NCBI GenBank assembly: GCA_001642005.1
Contig: LWCA01000010.1
Span: 1-64,000 of the forward strand
DNA from: Intoshia linei
Taxonomy: Eukaryota; Animalia; Orthonectida
DNA: 64,000 nt
Reading direction: 5' to 3'
The notes beneath the pieces were generated by a model. That model was not told where the DNA came from. It saw nothing but the letters and a program-made list of their open reading frames with translations, and made no database searches. Each line of letters opens with the position of its first letter. Position 1 is the stretch's first letter. Of the stretch, positions 52,283 through 64,000 are shown in pieces. The translations under genes and the position numbers were made by a program.

Positions 52283-53222
52283 AAAATGGATATGAACGTG
52301 GTCACCGAAAAGGAAAACAATCGTACATTCACGTCAATTATGCTCAACATGACGATTCTATATATAATCCGAAAGATGATTCGTATTCCGAACCAATTCA
52401 AAGAATTAAAGGACAGAAATACTGTGTTATTGTTGCAATTATTAACGAAGGAAATGAAATTTGAGAAGTGTGCGAATTACTCAAACCAACAATGGGCATA
52501 TTTGAGGGTGGTAAAAAAAAAAAGACTATCACGGAATGTTCAATCACAAATATTTTATTGGTTGAATGGAAAAATTGTTTAAATATTTCAACGAAAAAAA
52601 TATTTAGAATTGTCTCATCGTAATGGACAATGCTTAATATCACAAGAATCTACCATGATAAGATTTATAGTATAAGTCAAATTTAACGGAATTTTTGGAA
52701 CATCTAAATCAAAATCATCTACAGATCACGACTAATTACACTTGTATATTTTCATATATAGATGTTTATTTTAGAACAAAAAATGTATATTATTATTTCA
52801 ATATTAATGATATATTACCATAAAAATAATATTTCCCGGGTGGCCAACTAAATGTATTGTGGTCATATTTCGATAATTATTATTTTATGTTAAAAGACGA
52901 GTAACAAATGTTTATTATTCTTAAAAACAATCAAATTTACATGCAAAAATAAACGAAGGCGTGTTAATCTCGTGTCATAATTTTATAACTTTTAATAGCA
53001 AGCAATCTCGAACCGAGTTATATTTTGCTTTGATTTAATTGGTTTTAGTTATTTTTTTGTAATTTTAATAATTAGTATTTGTTGTTATGCGTTAATTATT
53101 TTGAATTTAAAATATTTGCGCTGGGATGAATGAAATGTTTTCTACATTATCTATTTTTTAAATTTTGATTTAACTCCATTTTGAAGCTTTTATTTACATA
53201 GGCCATGTAGGTGACATCCACT

Positions 53223-53872
53223 GTTAATAAAATATTTCTGAAAAAAAATATATGAATACTAAAATGCTTTTTTGACCGTGAAGTCACTTATTCGAATTGA
53301 TATTTTTTATGTGTGTTAAATAGATACAACTGTACCACCTGTAAATGTTTTGAAATTCAAGGGCTGTTTTCATTAAAAAAAGAATGGTAATTTTTGGTTT
53401 TGGCCCTGAAGATATAATTTTTTTAAATTTAAATTTATAATAATGTTTATGATTTTAAAACCCGCATCAGCGTATATATTTTTTTAAATTCTACAACTCG
53501 TTTGATTTTCAAAAATAGGGACAACAGGGGTTTTTGACCCGTAAGATGTGAAATTGGGAGGTTGAAATTTATTTATTATATGCCCCGAAAAAAACTGTAA
53601 TTGAAACGTGGTCTTTAAAAAATTCTAAGAGTGGTAGTTATTTCAATAAAGTTTTTGACCCGTAAGATGTGAAATTGGGAGGTTGAAATTTATCTTATTA
53701 TACGGTTTTTGACCCTTAAGATGTGAAATTGGGAGGTTGAAATTTATCTTATTATACGCGAAAAAAACTGTAATTGAAATGTGGTCTTTAAAAAATTCTA
53801 AGAGTAGTAGTTATTTCAATAAAGTCACACACACAAACAAAAATCGCGTAGCCTTTTATATAAGTTAGGATA
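53223..53872 (-). mobile_element. Helitron-family copy with a triplicated internal segment
   Basis: Reverse family body, with 5' end TCCTAACTTAT at about 53871. The segment tttttgaccc(g/t)taagatgtgaaattgggaggttgaaatttat occurs 3 times (53531-53750). Confidence 0.72.
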
Positions 53873-54869
53873 TATATTAGGGTGTGAATTTTTTTACTTT
53901 TTTGCGAAAATACATAAGTGTCCCCATACCTGTGCTTTGGACCATGTTCCAGAACTCTAATATATACGTTTGAAAAATAAAAATACACCTTATAAATTGT
54001 TTGTCTTTCTCAGGAGTGTCAATTATACAACCCGCATATCCAACAGATCCATTTGCGATCCCAATTGTGGAATGTTCGTCCTTATATAAATTTTTATCCA
54101 TCATTACAATTTTAACATTATTGGTACACTGATTCCATTATTATTGTTTTATGTTTTATATTTTATTTTTTTAATAAAAACTGTTAGTTTTAATATAATG
54201 TTTTGAATAAAGATTTTTTTGTGCGGCCCGCGTAATAATTTTTTTCACATTTGACCGGGCAAGCAAATTGAGTTTGACACCCTAGTCTATATCACAAAAT
54301 AAGTTTTTAAAGAAACTTACACTATTATTACGAAATATTAATTAATAATTTCAAATACTTCTCTCATTTCTATAAAGACATGTATCTTGAATTTAAAATA
54401 AAACAATAAAAAATTACAAAATTAACAATAAAATTCGATAGCATGCCCGATATAATTGTGTATTTTGAAACAAAGTCCAAGTTAAATAATTGAAAATTTT
54501 TTAAATGCTCATAAAATTAAACAGTATGTATTTAAAAATGGAAACAAACAATTTCACTCGTAATCAATATGTGAATAATCTTACCATCTAACTAGATTTA
54601 CAATAATTCAATTAGTTTTATTTATATTAATAATATATTCTTTATTTAATATAACGCAATTAAGGTAATAACATCTGCAAATTAACGAATGAATTTAATT
54701 TTAAACAATTTCTAAAATTTCAATTTTATTCGTAAACCACTAATTTCATTTCAAATTTAGATTTCATTGATTACGTGTTATCTAATCTCAAACACATATT
54801 GTTAAAAATAAAGTATGTCTTCATAATGTTAGATTAATTCATTGTATCTAAACTCTTTAGACTAAAGAG

Positions 54870-55762
54870 CAAATCCGTTTTAAGGCATAGGCAATATGGG
54901 CTGTAGCCAGGGCCACTCATTAAAAAGGCCCCAAATTAATAAAAATACTTTACATTTATATCTTAAGTAACAGTTTTGAAGTGTGGGAATACAAATATCT
55001 AGTTTATAGTTTAAAGAATCAAAGTTCTGTGAAATGTTAAATGTGATGTCGAATGATGAGTTGAATAATATTAATCTTACAGCAGCTTATAGCAAAGATT
55101 TAGAAAAAAATGATTTAGTAATAGAATGTCAACAATTTAAACATTATTTTGATTGGGAAAAAACAAGCAATAAAATTTTTGATATGTATAAAGTTATAAA
55201 AGGTGATAAATTGGAATAACTATTTCCTAATATTGAAATGTGCATGGGAATGTTTCTTTCAATGATGATTGTAAATTGCAAAGGTGAAAGAACTTTTTCT
55301 AAACTAAAAATAATTAAGAATGAACTTCGAAATTGCTTAGCTCAACCTCGTTTGAATGCGCTTCTCTTTAATATCAATTGAGAATGATATTTTGAATGAT
55401 ATCAGTTTTGATAGTATCATATCTGATTTCTCTCAGAAAAAAGTGAGAAAACAACATTTGTCAAAAATTAACAAGAATTTTTTGTGACTGCATGGTGCAT
55501 ATTTTCAAGTGAAAAAGTAAACTTTGTTCATTTAATTAATGTAAGTAGGTTTTTGTAAAAGAAATAAAAGTTACTAGAAACCTACATAATCTTTTAATGC
55601 TTTTATTAATACTCAATGAAATAAGACTCTAAGTCTCCACCCAACAGTATGCCCTGTCTTCTAAACAGGGGAATTAATTTTTTTATTACACCGCTAGAAA
55701 TTTTAAAGAGCATCCGGCCCTTTTCTTAGCCCATGGCCACGAAGTGGCTTAAGACGGCTCTG
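54870..55762 (+). mobile_element. Deleted hAT element retaining a disrupted C-terminal dimerization domain
   Basis: TIR caaatccgttttaag / cttaagacggctctg and TSD ctaaagag / ctaaaaag. Translation *LFPNIEMCMGMFLSMMIVNCKGERTFSKLKIIKNELRNCLAQPRLNAL..SIENDIL, with a stop and a frameshift. Confidence 0.88.
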
Positions 55763-56230
55763 CTAAAAAGATGTTTATGATATAACATGCTTATATATAC
55801 ATGTATATTCTACAATGTAGAATCTACATAATTATAGTTAATTAATAACAAATATTAATTACATAAATTTGATGAAATGTTACCTGTTTAAAAATTATTA
55901 AAAATTGGCGCCATTTTAAAACTCGCTTAAGTGAAAATGCTCATTAAAGCGTAATTTCATAGACATAAGAAAGATCTCTTTAAAAATTAATAAATACTAA
56001 AAATAAATATAGAATGCAATCAAAATATTTTAATTAACCTTGATCTTTAATTAGATTTTTAGTGTTAAAATGTGGAACTTTTTGTGATTAACATGTTTCC
56101 CTACTAACAATTTTAGTAATTTAGTTACCGCGATTTTTTAAAAATTCAACAACTGGTAATATTTTTTGTTATTGTCATAAATACATATTTATTTATTTTT
56201 TCATATTTTTTTTGTGTTTCATGTTATTAC

Positions 56231-56428
56231 TAGAGGTGGAAATTATGGCCACAACACAATACTCAAGCTCAAAAAAATTTACTCAATACTCAACACAATA
56301 CTTAAACTTAAAAAAATTTTTCTACAATAATCAAGCCCAATTTTTTTTTACACAATACTCAAGCTCAAAAATTTTTTGCACAATGAGCATGCTCAACACA
56401 AAACTCATTGAGTTTTGTGTCACTTCTA
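56231..56428. mobile_element. Small hAT-type MITE inserted in a piggyBac-like element
   Basis: TAGAGGTG...CACTTCTA with a perfect 8-bp TSD gttattac. Internal aatactcaa repeats. Confidence 0.88.
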
Positions 56429-56715
56429 GTTATTACTCAAATTATTACATGTAACACATTTGTTCAGACTGTTCCTGTACGTGATTTTACAATTAACCCT
56501 TCAGTTAAAATAAATGTTAATTTATTTTAATATGTGTAAAATTCACCCAAAATATGCTTTTATAATAACAAATTAATATTAATTTAAATTAAATTAAAAA
56601 TTAACAATAATAAGAATAATTCATTTTAAATTAAATGGTAGTGTGAAATGAAGAGTCCATGGTAAAACAAATTTGGGATCCACGCCTTTAAAGTATTGGT
56701 GCATACTATAACATA

Positions 56716-56901
56716 TGTACATTAGGGTGTAACATTTTTTTTAAATTTTTAGAATTTAATGGGAGATTAGCTATCAGTGTGTGTATTTTTATCGGCATCT
56801 TTGCAACACCCCATTCTAGATTATTTGATATATCATGATAATACACAATTTCCGCACTAATCGCCCTTAATTCTTTGATGGGTGTGACACCTTAATGTAC
56901 A
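56716..56901. mobile_element. Short TGTACATTAGGGTGT-type MITE
   Basis: tgtacattagggtgtaac / gtgacaccttaatgtaca, the same terminus family as 37815-38580. Confidence 0.7.
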
Positions 56902-57168
56902 TAATAATTGTAGTGAATAGTAGCATTTTTAAGTAAAATCATATTGAATTTACTTTTTGGGTAGAATTAAAAAAGTAATAAAAAGCTAGCACATAACAGT
57001 CAAGTTAGTAACTTATAAGCAAGTATACAAATTTGCCAATTTATTGGTCCAAAATAAGCCAAATATGACTTTTTATATACTGGAATTAAATAAAATGAAT
57101 ACTTGAATATAAATTTGAATATGTTTGTTTAGTATTTATTTCTTATTTACACCTTGATATTAATCTTA

Positions 57169-57740
57169 ATGAGTCAAAAAAAGGGTTCATATTATGATGA
57201 CGAAATGTCTAGTAATGATTTTTACCATAGTAGCGATAAAGATGAAGTGGATAGCATCGAAAACAAAAAACTGATTGTCACGGAATATGAAAAACAACCA
57301 ATTTCAAAACCTTCAATTATACGCAAAGATAATAATATCAGTCAGATTGACGATTATACTGTTAAAATTAACAAAAAGGTACGATTTGAAAATTTGAGTG
57401 AGCATTCTTGTGATTCTGATATTAAAGATCGAATAATTAATGATCATCTCGTTTTTTCAATCGTTTCTCTAGTTTTCTTTTGGCCAATAGGTAACGTGAT
57501 CTTTTCATTATATGAAAATTAATAATTTAGAAATGTATGTTTTGTTTAGGTATTTTTGCCATATTTGCATCGTTAAAGTGTAAGCAATATATTGAAACTG
57601 GAGTTAATTCTTTGGCTAGTGAATATTCATGCAAGGCATATCATTTGGCTACTAAAGCAATGATTATTGGATCCATAATATTTTTAACAATTTTATCCAT
57701 TATTTCGATAATTATATTGTCGCTGCGGGTTGATTATTAA
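57169..57740 (+). CDS. CD225/dispanin (PRRT/IFITM-like) membrane protein, 2 exons
   Basis: Exons 57169-57490 and 57550-57740 (phase 1). DHLVFSIVSLVFFWPIG|IFAIFASLKCKQYIETG...AYHLATKAMIIGSII is the CD225 pattern. Confidence 0.85.
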
Positions 57741-58055
57741 AATTTATACATATTTCATTCTTTTGAATACTTGCAACTTTTTGTAACATTTAACTTCTGT
57801 TCACTGAATAGTTTTTTCAATGGCCACTTTTCAGTGCATTTTGTTCAAATAAACAAAACTACATGTATATAAAAGTAGCCTGATTGTTATGTACTTGGTA
57901 CAAACAGCGACTAGCTCTGCAGAGTGGCCACTTTTTAATTTTAAGACCGATTTTTTAATTTATTGAACCATGAGTGTATGATCTGTGATCTCTGATAATA
58001 AAAAGGGACTATTTGTAAGATCGAAATCATATTTTTGAATATCAAATGTGTGGAC

Positions 58056-58326
58056 CAGTGTTTCTTAATTTTTTTACTTTAGGGCGCACTTGTTAAATAC
58101 ATAAAAATTTGGGCGCACCTTAAATTTTGATAGAAAAATCACATCGATATTCGAAAATGCGCAAAAATTAAAGAAACAATGGAAATATAAAATTGTAATA
58201 ATAATAAAAAAATGTTCATCAGACAATTATCAATGTAAAAGTTTGAAACTAATTTATAAAATTTTAAAAAAAAAAACACATTTTGATAAAATAAACTCAA
58301 ATATCTATGTGGGTTAGGAATCACTG
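58056..58326. mobile_element. hAT-type MITE
   Basis: CAGTGTTTCTTAA ... TTAGGAATCACTG. TSD gtgtggac / gtgtagac. Confidence 0.8.
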
Positions 58327-58575
58327 GTGTAGACAGTCAATTGTCATTTTTATTGAAATTATAAGATGAATATTTACACTTTTAATTTTAATTCAAAATT
58401 TGAAAAATGTTAGTTGATAATATATTAAAAGCCATTTTTCACCGAAATGCGTAGATTTCTGAGGTTGAAATTTTTTGAGTCTATCAACTGGATTAAGCTT
58501 TATCAGAATTTTTTTTTTGATAATTCTAGCGTCGTTAATAAAATGTTATATCAAATGTTTGGTTTTACAATTATA

Positions 58576-59137
58576 ATCCTTACTTACATATAACATTATA
58601 TTACATTGTATATAACATGCTACGCAATTTTTGATTGTGTGTTTATCTGTCTGTCTGTGTGTTCCACTTTATTGAAATAACTATCACTCTTAGAATTTTT
58701 TAAACACCACATTTCAATTACAGTATTTTTCGGGGCAAATTAATAAATATCGTATAATAAGATAAATTTCAACCTCTCAATTTCATATCTTACAGGTTAA
58801 AAACCCCTGTGGTCCCTCTTTTTGAAAATCAAACGTATTCAAAAATTTAAAAAAATATATACTCTGATACGGATTTTAAAATCATTAAAATTTAAATTTA
58901 AAATTAAAAAAATTTACAGGTGGTACAGTTGTATCCTGTTAACACACACAAAAAATTAACGACTTTACGGTCAAAAAAGCATTTTAGTATTCATATATTT
59001 TTTTCCGAAATATTTTATTAAAAACAAAATTATGAAATAATTAACAGTCCGAAAATTAAAAAAAAAAATTTCTGATAGAGCTTATTCCAGTTAATATAAA
59101 TACAAAATTTTAACCCCAGAAATCTACGCATTCCCGA
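58576..59137 (+). mobile_element. Helitron-family 5' portion running into an assembly gap
   Basis: ATCCTTACTTACATA, (TGTC)n microsatellite and family body. N-run at 59138-59144. Confidence 0.72.
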
Positions 59138-60479
59138 TNNNNNNTAAAATAAATGTAAAATTTACAAGTCATATTTTATATTTTGATTCAATTTAACTTT
59201 TTTAAAGGACAATAAAGGTAAGACACACAAAAATGATCTAAAATAGTATAACTTAGAGGTTTTAATAATTATAACAAATTGATTGAGATCAATCATCGTT
59301 ACATTGCTTTATAAGCCACCAAAATAGGTTTTAATAAAGTATTATAGGATTAATAAAGCGGTGGGATTTCTGCTGTATATATGAAATTTTAATTTACTAA
59401 CTAAATTTTTGATTTAAATTTGATACATTGATTTGTAATTTGAGTAACATTAATAATCAAAATTTAAAAAATATAATTTACATCCTTTGAATATACATGT
59501 AATGTAATGTATTCATTATTTTATAAAAAAAAAACTTGATCAATAATAACACTACACTGATGATCTATTATGTATATCATGATGAGACTTTCATGCAATA
59601 TTATAGCAAAAATAAGGATATTTTTAGACAGGTTTAGGGCTCATTATTAATGTATTACACGATATTTTTACACCAAATTTTCCTGCAATTCTCCCCTGCC
59701 AACCAAGTTAAATTGTTAACACAGGAAAACTTTTCTACGTACAAAATTGTTCATTCGGACTTACTGAAATAATAAAATTTGTTAAATTTTATTTATAAAA
59801 CATGTGTTCATTTATGTAAAATTTACATTGAAAACAGTAATTTTATTTTAAATCCACATAAAACCAGGAATGCTGGTTAGGCCTTGGATCATATTTGATT
59901 TAAATTAAATTAATATCTTTTTACATATTACACATTAGATATTACATGTCAGTAATAATTTACCATCTAAATTTAAAAAAAGGTAACACGTTATTTTATC
60001 ATTTTATGTTTGTAAAAAATTGTATATATAGATTCAATGGAGCTTGAAACCAACATTATGAAAAAATTGGTTCATATTGATTATGAAATATCATCTTTTT
60101 TAAGTATGTAAAACTGAACAGATTCGACGATGGAATCTATTGTAATGTATTTTCATTGTAATGAGTTATTAAATTTTATTTTTTAAATATTCATTAGTTG
60201 TCAACCGCTTACTCAGACCCTCCCAATTAACAGGACAATGAAAGAAATTATATGTGTATTTATATATTTTCTTATTTCAGATTTTTTAAAGCACCTGGTC
60301 TGCCTTTTCTATCAATGCATATGTAAAAAGTGGTTCTCACAAAAAAAGTTAATCAGTCGTCTGTAATGCTTTTCAACTTTTTTTGTTTCAAGTAAATATT
60401 CAATAATCAAAATTTTCTAGATTCCCAGATAATTTTTAAGATGACAGCCACTTTCGAAATATACTTTTTTTGTGTATAA

Positions 60480-61847
60480 TCCTTACTTGTATAATATGCT
60501 ATGCAATGTTTGTTTGTGTGTGTGTTACCGTTTATTTTGAATAACTTATAGTCTTAGAATTTTATAAAGTCCACATTTCAATTACAGTTTACTCCGGGAC
60601 GTATAATAAGATAAATTTCAACATCCCAAACTCACATCTTACGGGTCAACAACCCCAATTGTCTTTTTTTTTGTAAATCAAACGGGTTGGAGAATTTAAA
60701 AAAATATATAAGATGATACGGATTTTAAAATCATAAACATTATCATAAATTTAAATTTAAAAAAATTATATGTTCATGGCCAAAACAACAAATTACCTTT
60801 TTTGTTTTATGAAAACAGCCCTATAACTTAAAAAAAATAAAGAAAACTTAAAAAAATTACAAGTGGTACAGTTGTATCCTATCAACACACACAAAAAATT
60901 TCAATCTGAATAAGTGACAACTACATGGTCAAAAAAGCATTTTAGTATTCGTATATTTTTTTTCCTAAATATTTTATTAACAAAACATGTAACAAAAAAT
61001 GTGAAATAATTAACTGTCCGAAAATTAAAAAAAAAGATTATTCTGATAGAGCTTAATCCAGTTGATATAAATACAAAATTTCAACCCCAGAAATCTACGC
61101 ATTCCCGGTGAAAAATAATTTTTAATATATTATCAACCAATATTTTTGAAATATTTCGATTAAAATAAAAATTGAAAATATAAATATTGATCCTACAATT
61201 TCAAAAAAAATATGCATTGAACGTCTACACATTTCCAATAAAGAAACATGGGTGAAAATCTATATAATTCATTCCTTCGCAATNTATTTTATTATTATTT
61301 TATTAAATATGAAATAATTATCTGTCCGAAAATTAAAAAAAAAATTATTCTGATAAAGATTATTCCAGTTAATATAAATACAAAATTTCAACTCCATAAA
61401 TCTACGCATTCCCGGTGAAAAATAATTAATAATTTTTAATATATTATCAACCAATATTTTTCAAATATTTCGATTAAAATCAAAAGTTGAAAATATAAAT
61501 ATTGATCCTACGATTTCAAAAAAAAATGTAAATTGTACGTCTTCACATTTCCAATTAATACATATGGGTCAAATTCTATATAATTCATTCCTTTGGAATT
61601 TTTTTCATTTCTACGCAATTTTTAAATTTCAAATTTTCATTTTCAAAAAATTTTGTAAATTTTAATAAAATTATACACTACAGCAACGTATTTATAAAAT
61701 TAAGTTTATACTAACTTAAAAGTAATTATCAAGATTATCAAAGTAATTATTATCATCACCTGGAAAAAAAATAAATAACAATTATTTGATATACGTTCTC
61801 GGTAGAGCTAGGTGCTGTTTATACATAGTATAAACCAGCCAAGCTTG
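60480..61847 (+). mobile_element. Near full-length non-autonomous Helitron (dominant repeat family of the window)
   Basis: Begins A|TCCTTACTTGTATAATATGC followed by a (TGTT/TG)n microsatellite. Ends with the family 3' motif CTCGGTAGAGCTAGGTGCTGTTT...AAGCTTG|T (degenerate CTAG). No TSD. Confidence 0.75.
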
Positions 61848-62930
61848 TTTAAAATATAATACTAAAAATTTTATAATCATTTTTTAAAATTAGTTACAAT
61901 TTCATGTACGTAAGTTTAAATCACGTTAAAATTTAAAATGCGTCTATATTGAAAAAGAAAACTTAAACGTTTTATAAAGCAGATGGATAATACAATTACT
62001 TAAAAAAAGGGAATATGTATATTACGCTTAAAAAAGATTGTTGTTAGATAATATTTTATTTACTGATTTACTATTTGGTAAATTCATTTTTTAATATAAA
62101 TATAATATTAAAAAAATAATTAATTTCAGTTGTAAAAATCGAATTATAACCATTTTTTTAAATTTTGGTCGATATGCCGTGGACACGATTATATTTCATA
62201 AACTACATTATCAAAAATTTTTTAAAATATTTAATTTGAAAGAATAAATCAATGGTACTATAAAACATTTCGCAATTAAATATTTAGCATTAAATATCAA
62301 AATTATTGGGAAAATTAACATTTTTATTTTTTTTTCATAAATGATATATTTTATTAATATTAGAAAAAATATCAGTAATTTTATATTTACGTGTAACATC
62401 TTATTAAATTTCATATAAATTTTGTAATATACACGTTGTTGTGATTCTGTAAGAATATTAAGAGACACTTAAATAATAAAACTTTTATTAAATTAAACTA
62501 AATTTAGGATTCAATTATAGTAAAGTATAAGTGATATTTAATATAGTGTCATAGATACTACACACTATATTAAAAAAGTATCTTAGATATTTTAATAAAA
62601 TATTCAAAGTGTGGTAGGTTATAATTTACTATTGAAATAAATATAATGGCATGTTTTTCATCCTTGATCTAATATATAGTGAAATACCTGTAGCAATATT
62701 GATCAAAATCAAAAAAATCATGCTTATGTAAAACGTATTCATAATATCAATAAATTTATGTTATGAATTTAAATTATAAGTTATTAAAATAATAGATAAA
62801 AAGATAAACCAGATAAGCCCAACCCAATATCGCCATAAATGTCGGGGAAAAAAATGGCGGTATTTAGAGGTCTGACTGTACATTAGGGTTCACATCGATT
62901 TAAAATTTTGATATTTTTTAAAACGTACCA

Positions 62931-63469
62931 CATGGGCGGATCAAAGAGGCTACTTCATGGGGTGCAAGCGAAGCAATCTAAATATTTACTTCGCCAAAGG
63001 GGAAAAAAATTTAGTGCGTCTCTTTTAATATCAAGATGTCTAGTTTGATTTTAAAGCGTCTCGTTTAATTTCATTTAAAGATTGTTATACAATAGTTTCC
63101 AAATTTGTATTTTTTCGCAAAAATAAAAAAAATGATCAGCACAAAAAAAAAGAAATTAATTTTGTTCATTAAATAATCCTAAATCAATTAGGTCCAGTCT
63201 TCTTGGATGAAGTATTATAAATTCATTAACCAAACTTTCAATATGAAAATTATAGTCATAGTGGAAATTCATGCAGGCCAATCCACATAACAAAAGGCCT
63301 CAAGTCACATGATCAATTGTTCATGTAATGACATGTAATTTTATGCGCCATCTATATTGTTTTAATAAATTAAAACGTTTTTCAGTTATTTTACAAAACA
63401 TTAATTAAAATTTTTTTTAAAAATTTAGGGATGCAACTGCACCTTCTGCACCCCTTGAATCCGCCCCTG
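62931..63469. mobile_element. hAT-like MITE (CAGGGGCGGAT family), copy 2, about 220 bp longer
   Basis: Nearly colinear with 27344-27659 except for extra internal sequence at about 63165-63378. Confidence 0.78.
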
Positions 63470-64000
63470 TATCAAATAGATGTAGAATAAGAATTTGGCG
63501 ACTGGTGTTTAATTTGGCTTACGCAAAATAATATAATGAAAATATAATTGTTGTACTGAAACAGCATTATTATTATCATCAATTGAAAAAATTAAATTGA
63601 TTGATATTAAAGTGGAACAAATTTAATTTCACAAATAAAATAATGCAGACATTTTTATAAATACAAGCTTATAATTTTATTATTTGATAACACTGAATTG
63701 TTATACCTAAGTTATTGTATATTTAAATAAGTTGGTGCGTTGTTTTACTACTAGTCTATGGTAATTGATGTCTGGCGATGAATAGAACATGAATTGTAGG
63801 CTTATTAGAATGTACCTATTGGAAACAATAATTTGTCGATTATCATTGATAAGAAAATTAACGCATTGTAGTCCAATCGTTGTTAACATTTATTGATAAC
63901 GCGTTGTCGTCTAATACATGTTGCTAGCTATTTGTTTATCGGCTAATATTGTTTCATTTTTAAAAGAAATAAAATAAAACATTTAAAAATTGGATAAAAT

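Noticed and set aside
56212-56454. 80-aa ORF with repeated TQYSSSK
   Set aside because: Translation of the MITE's internal aatactcaa repeats.
61285-61590. Tandem duplication inside the Helitron as a biological event
   Set aside because: The junction coincides with a single N at 61284, so it may be a scaffold overlap of two different copies.
1-64000. tRNA, rRNA, snRNA genes or prokaryotic systems
   Set aside because: None recognisable by eye. A covariance-model scan would be needed to exclude small intronic ncRNAs.

Overview
Very AT-rich, compact animal (eukaryotic) genomic DNA with spliceosomal genes, many very short (about 30-60 nt) introns, and dense non-autonomous transposon debris. The style resembles a highly reduced lophotrochozoan such as an orthonectid (inference only). 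Genes assembled by hand from splice sites, in order: two tandem stomatin/MEC-2-like genes (+), a TRPC-family channel (+), methylglutaconyl-CoA hydratase AUH (+), eIF3L (-), a 5-HT7-like serotonin receptor (-), DPH1 (+), NFS1 (+), a frame-disrupted peptide-type GPCR (-) and a CD225/dispanin gene (+). Repeats include a dominant non-autonomous Helitron family (5' TC, 3' hairpin plus CTAG), many hAT-type MITEs with 8-bp TSDs, a piggyBac-type MITE, TA-flanked MITEs, hAT transposase remnants and a Gypsy RT fragment. The standout observation is that the TRPC gene carries two tandem versions of the pore-helix/selectivity-filter/S6 module. Both are intact, exactly 196 coding nt, phase-matched and about 48% identical. 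They can only be used mutually exclusively, so this is a candidate 'swappable pore' TRPC channel, lying directly downstream of two stomatin genes.
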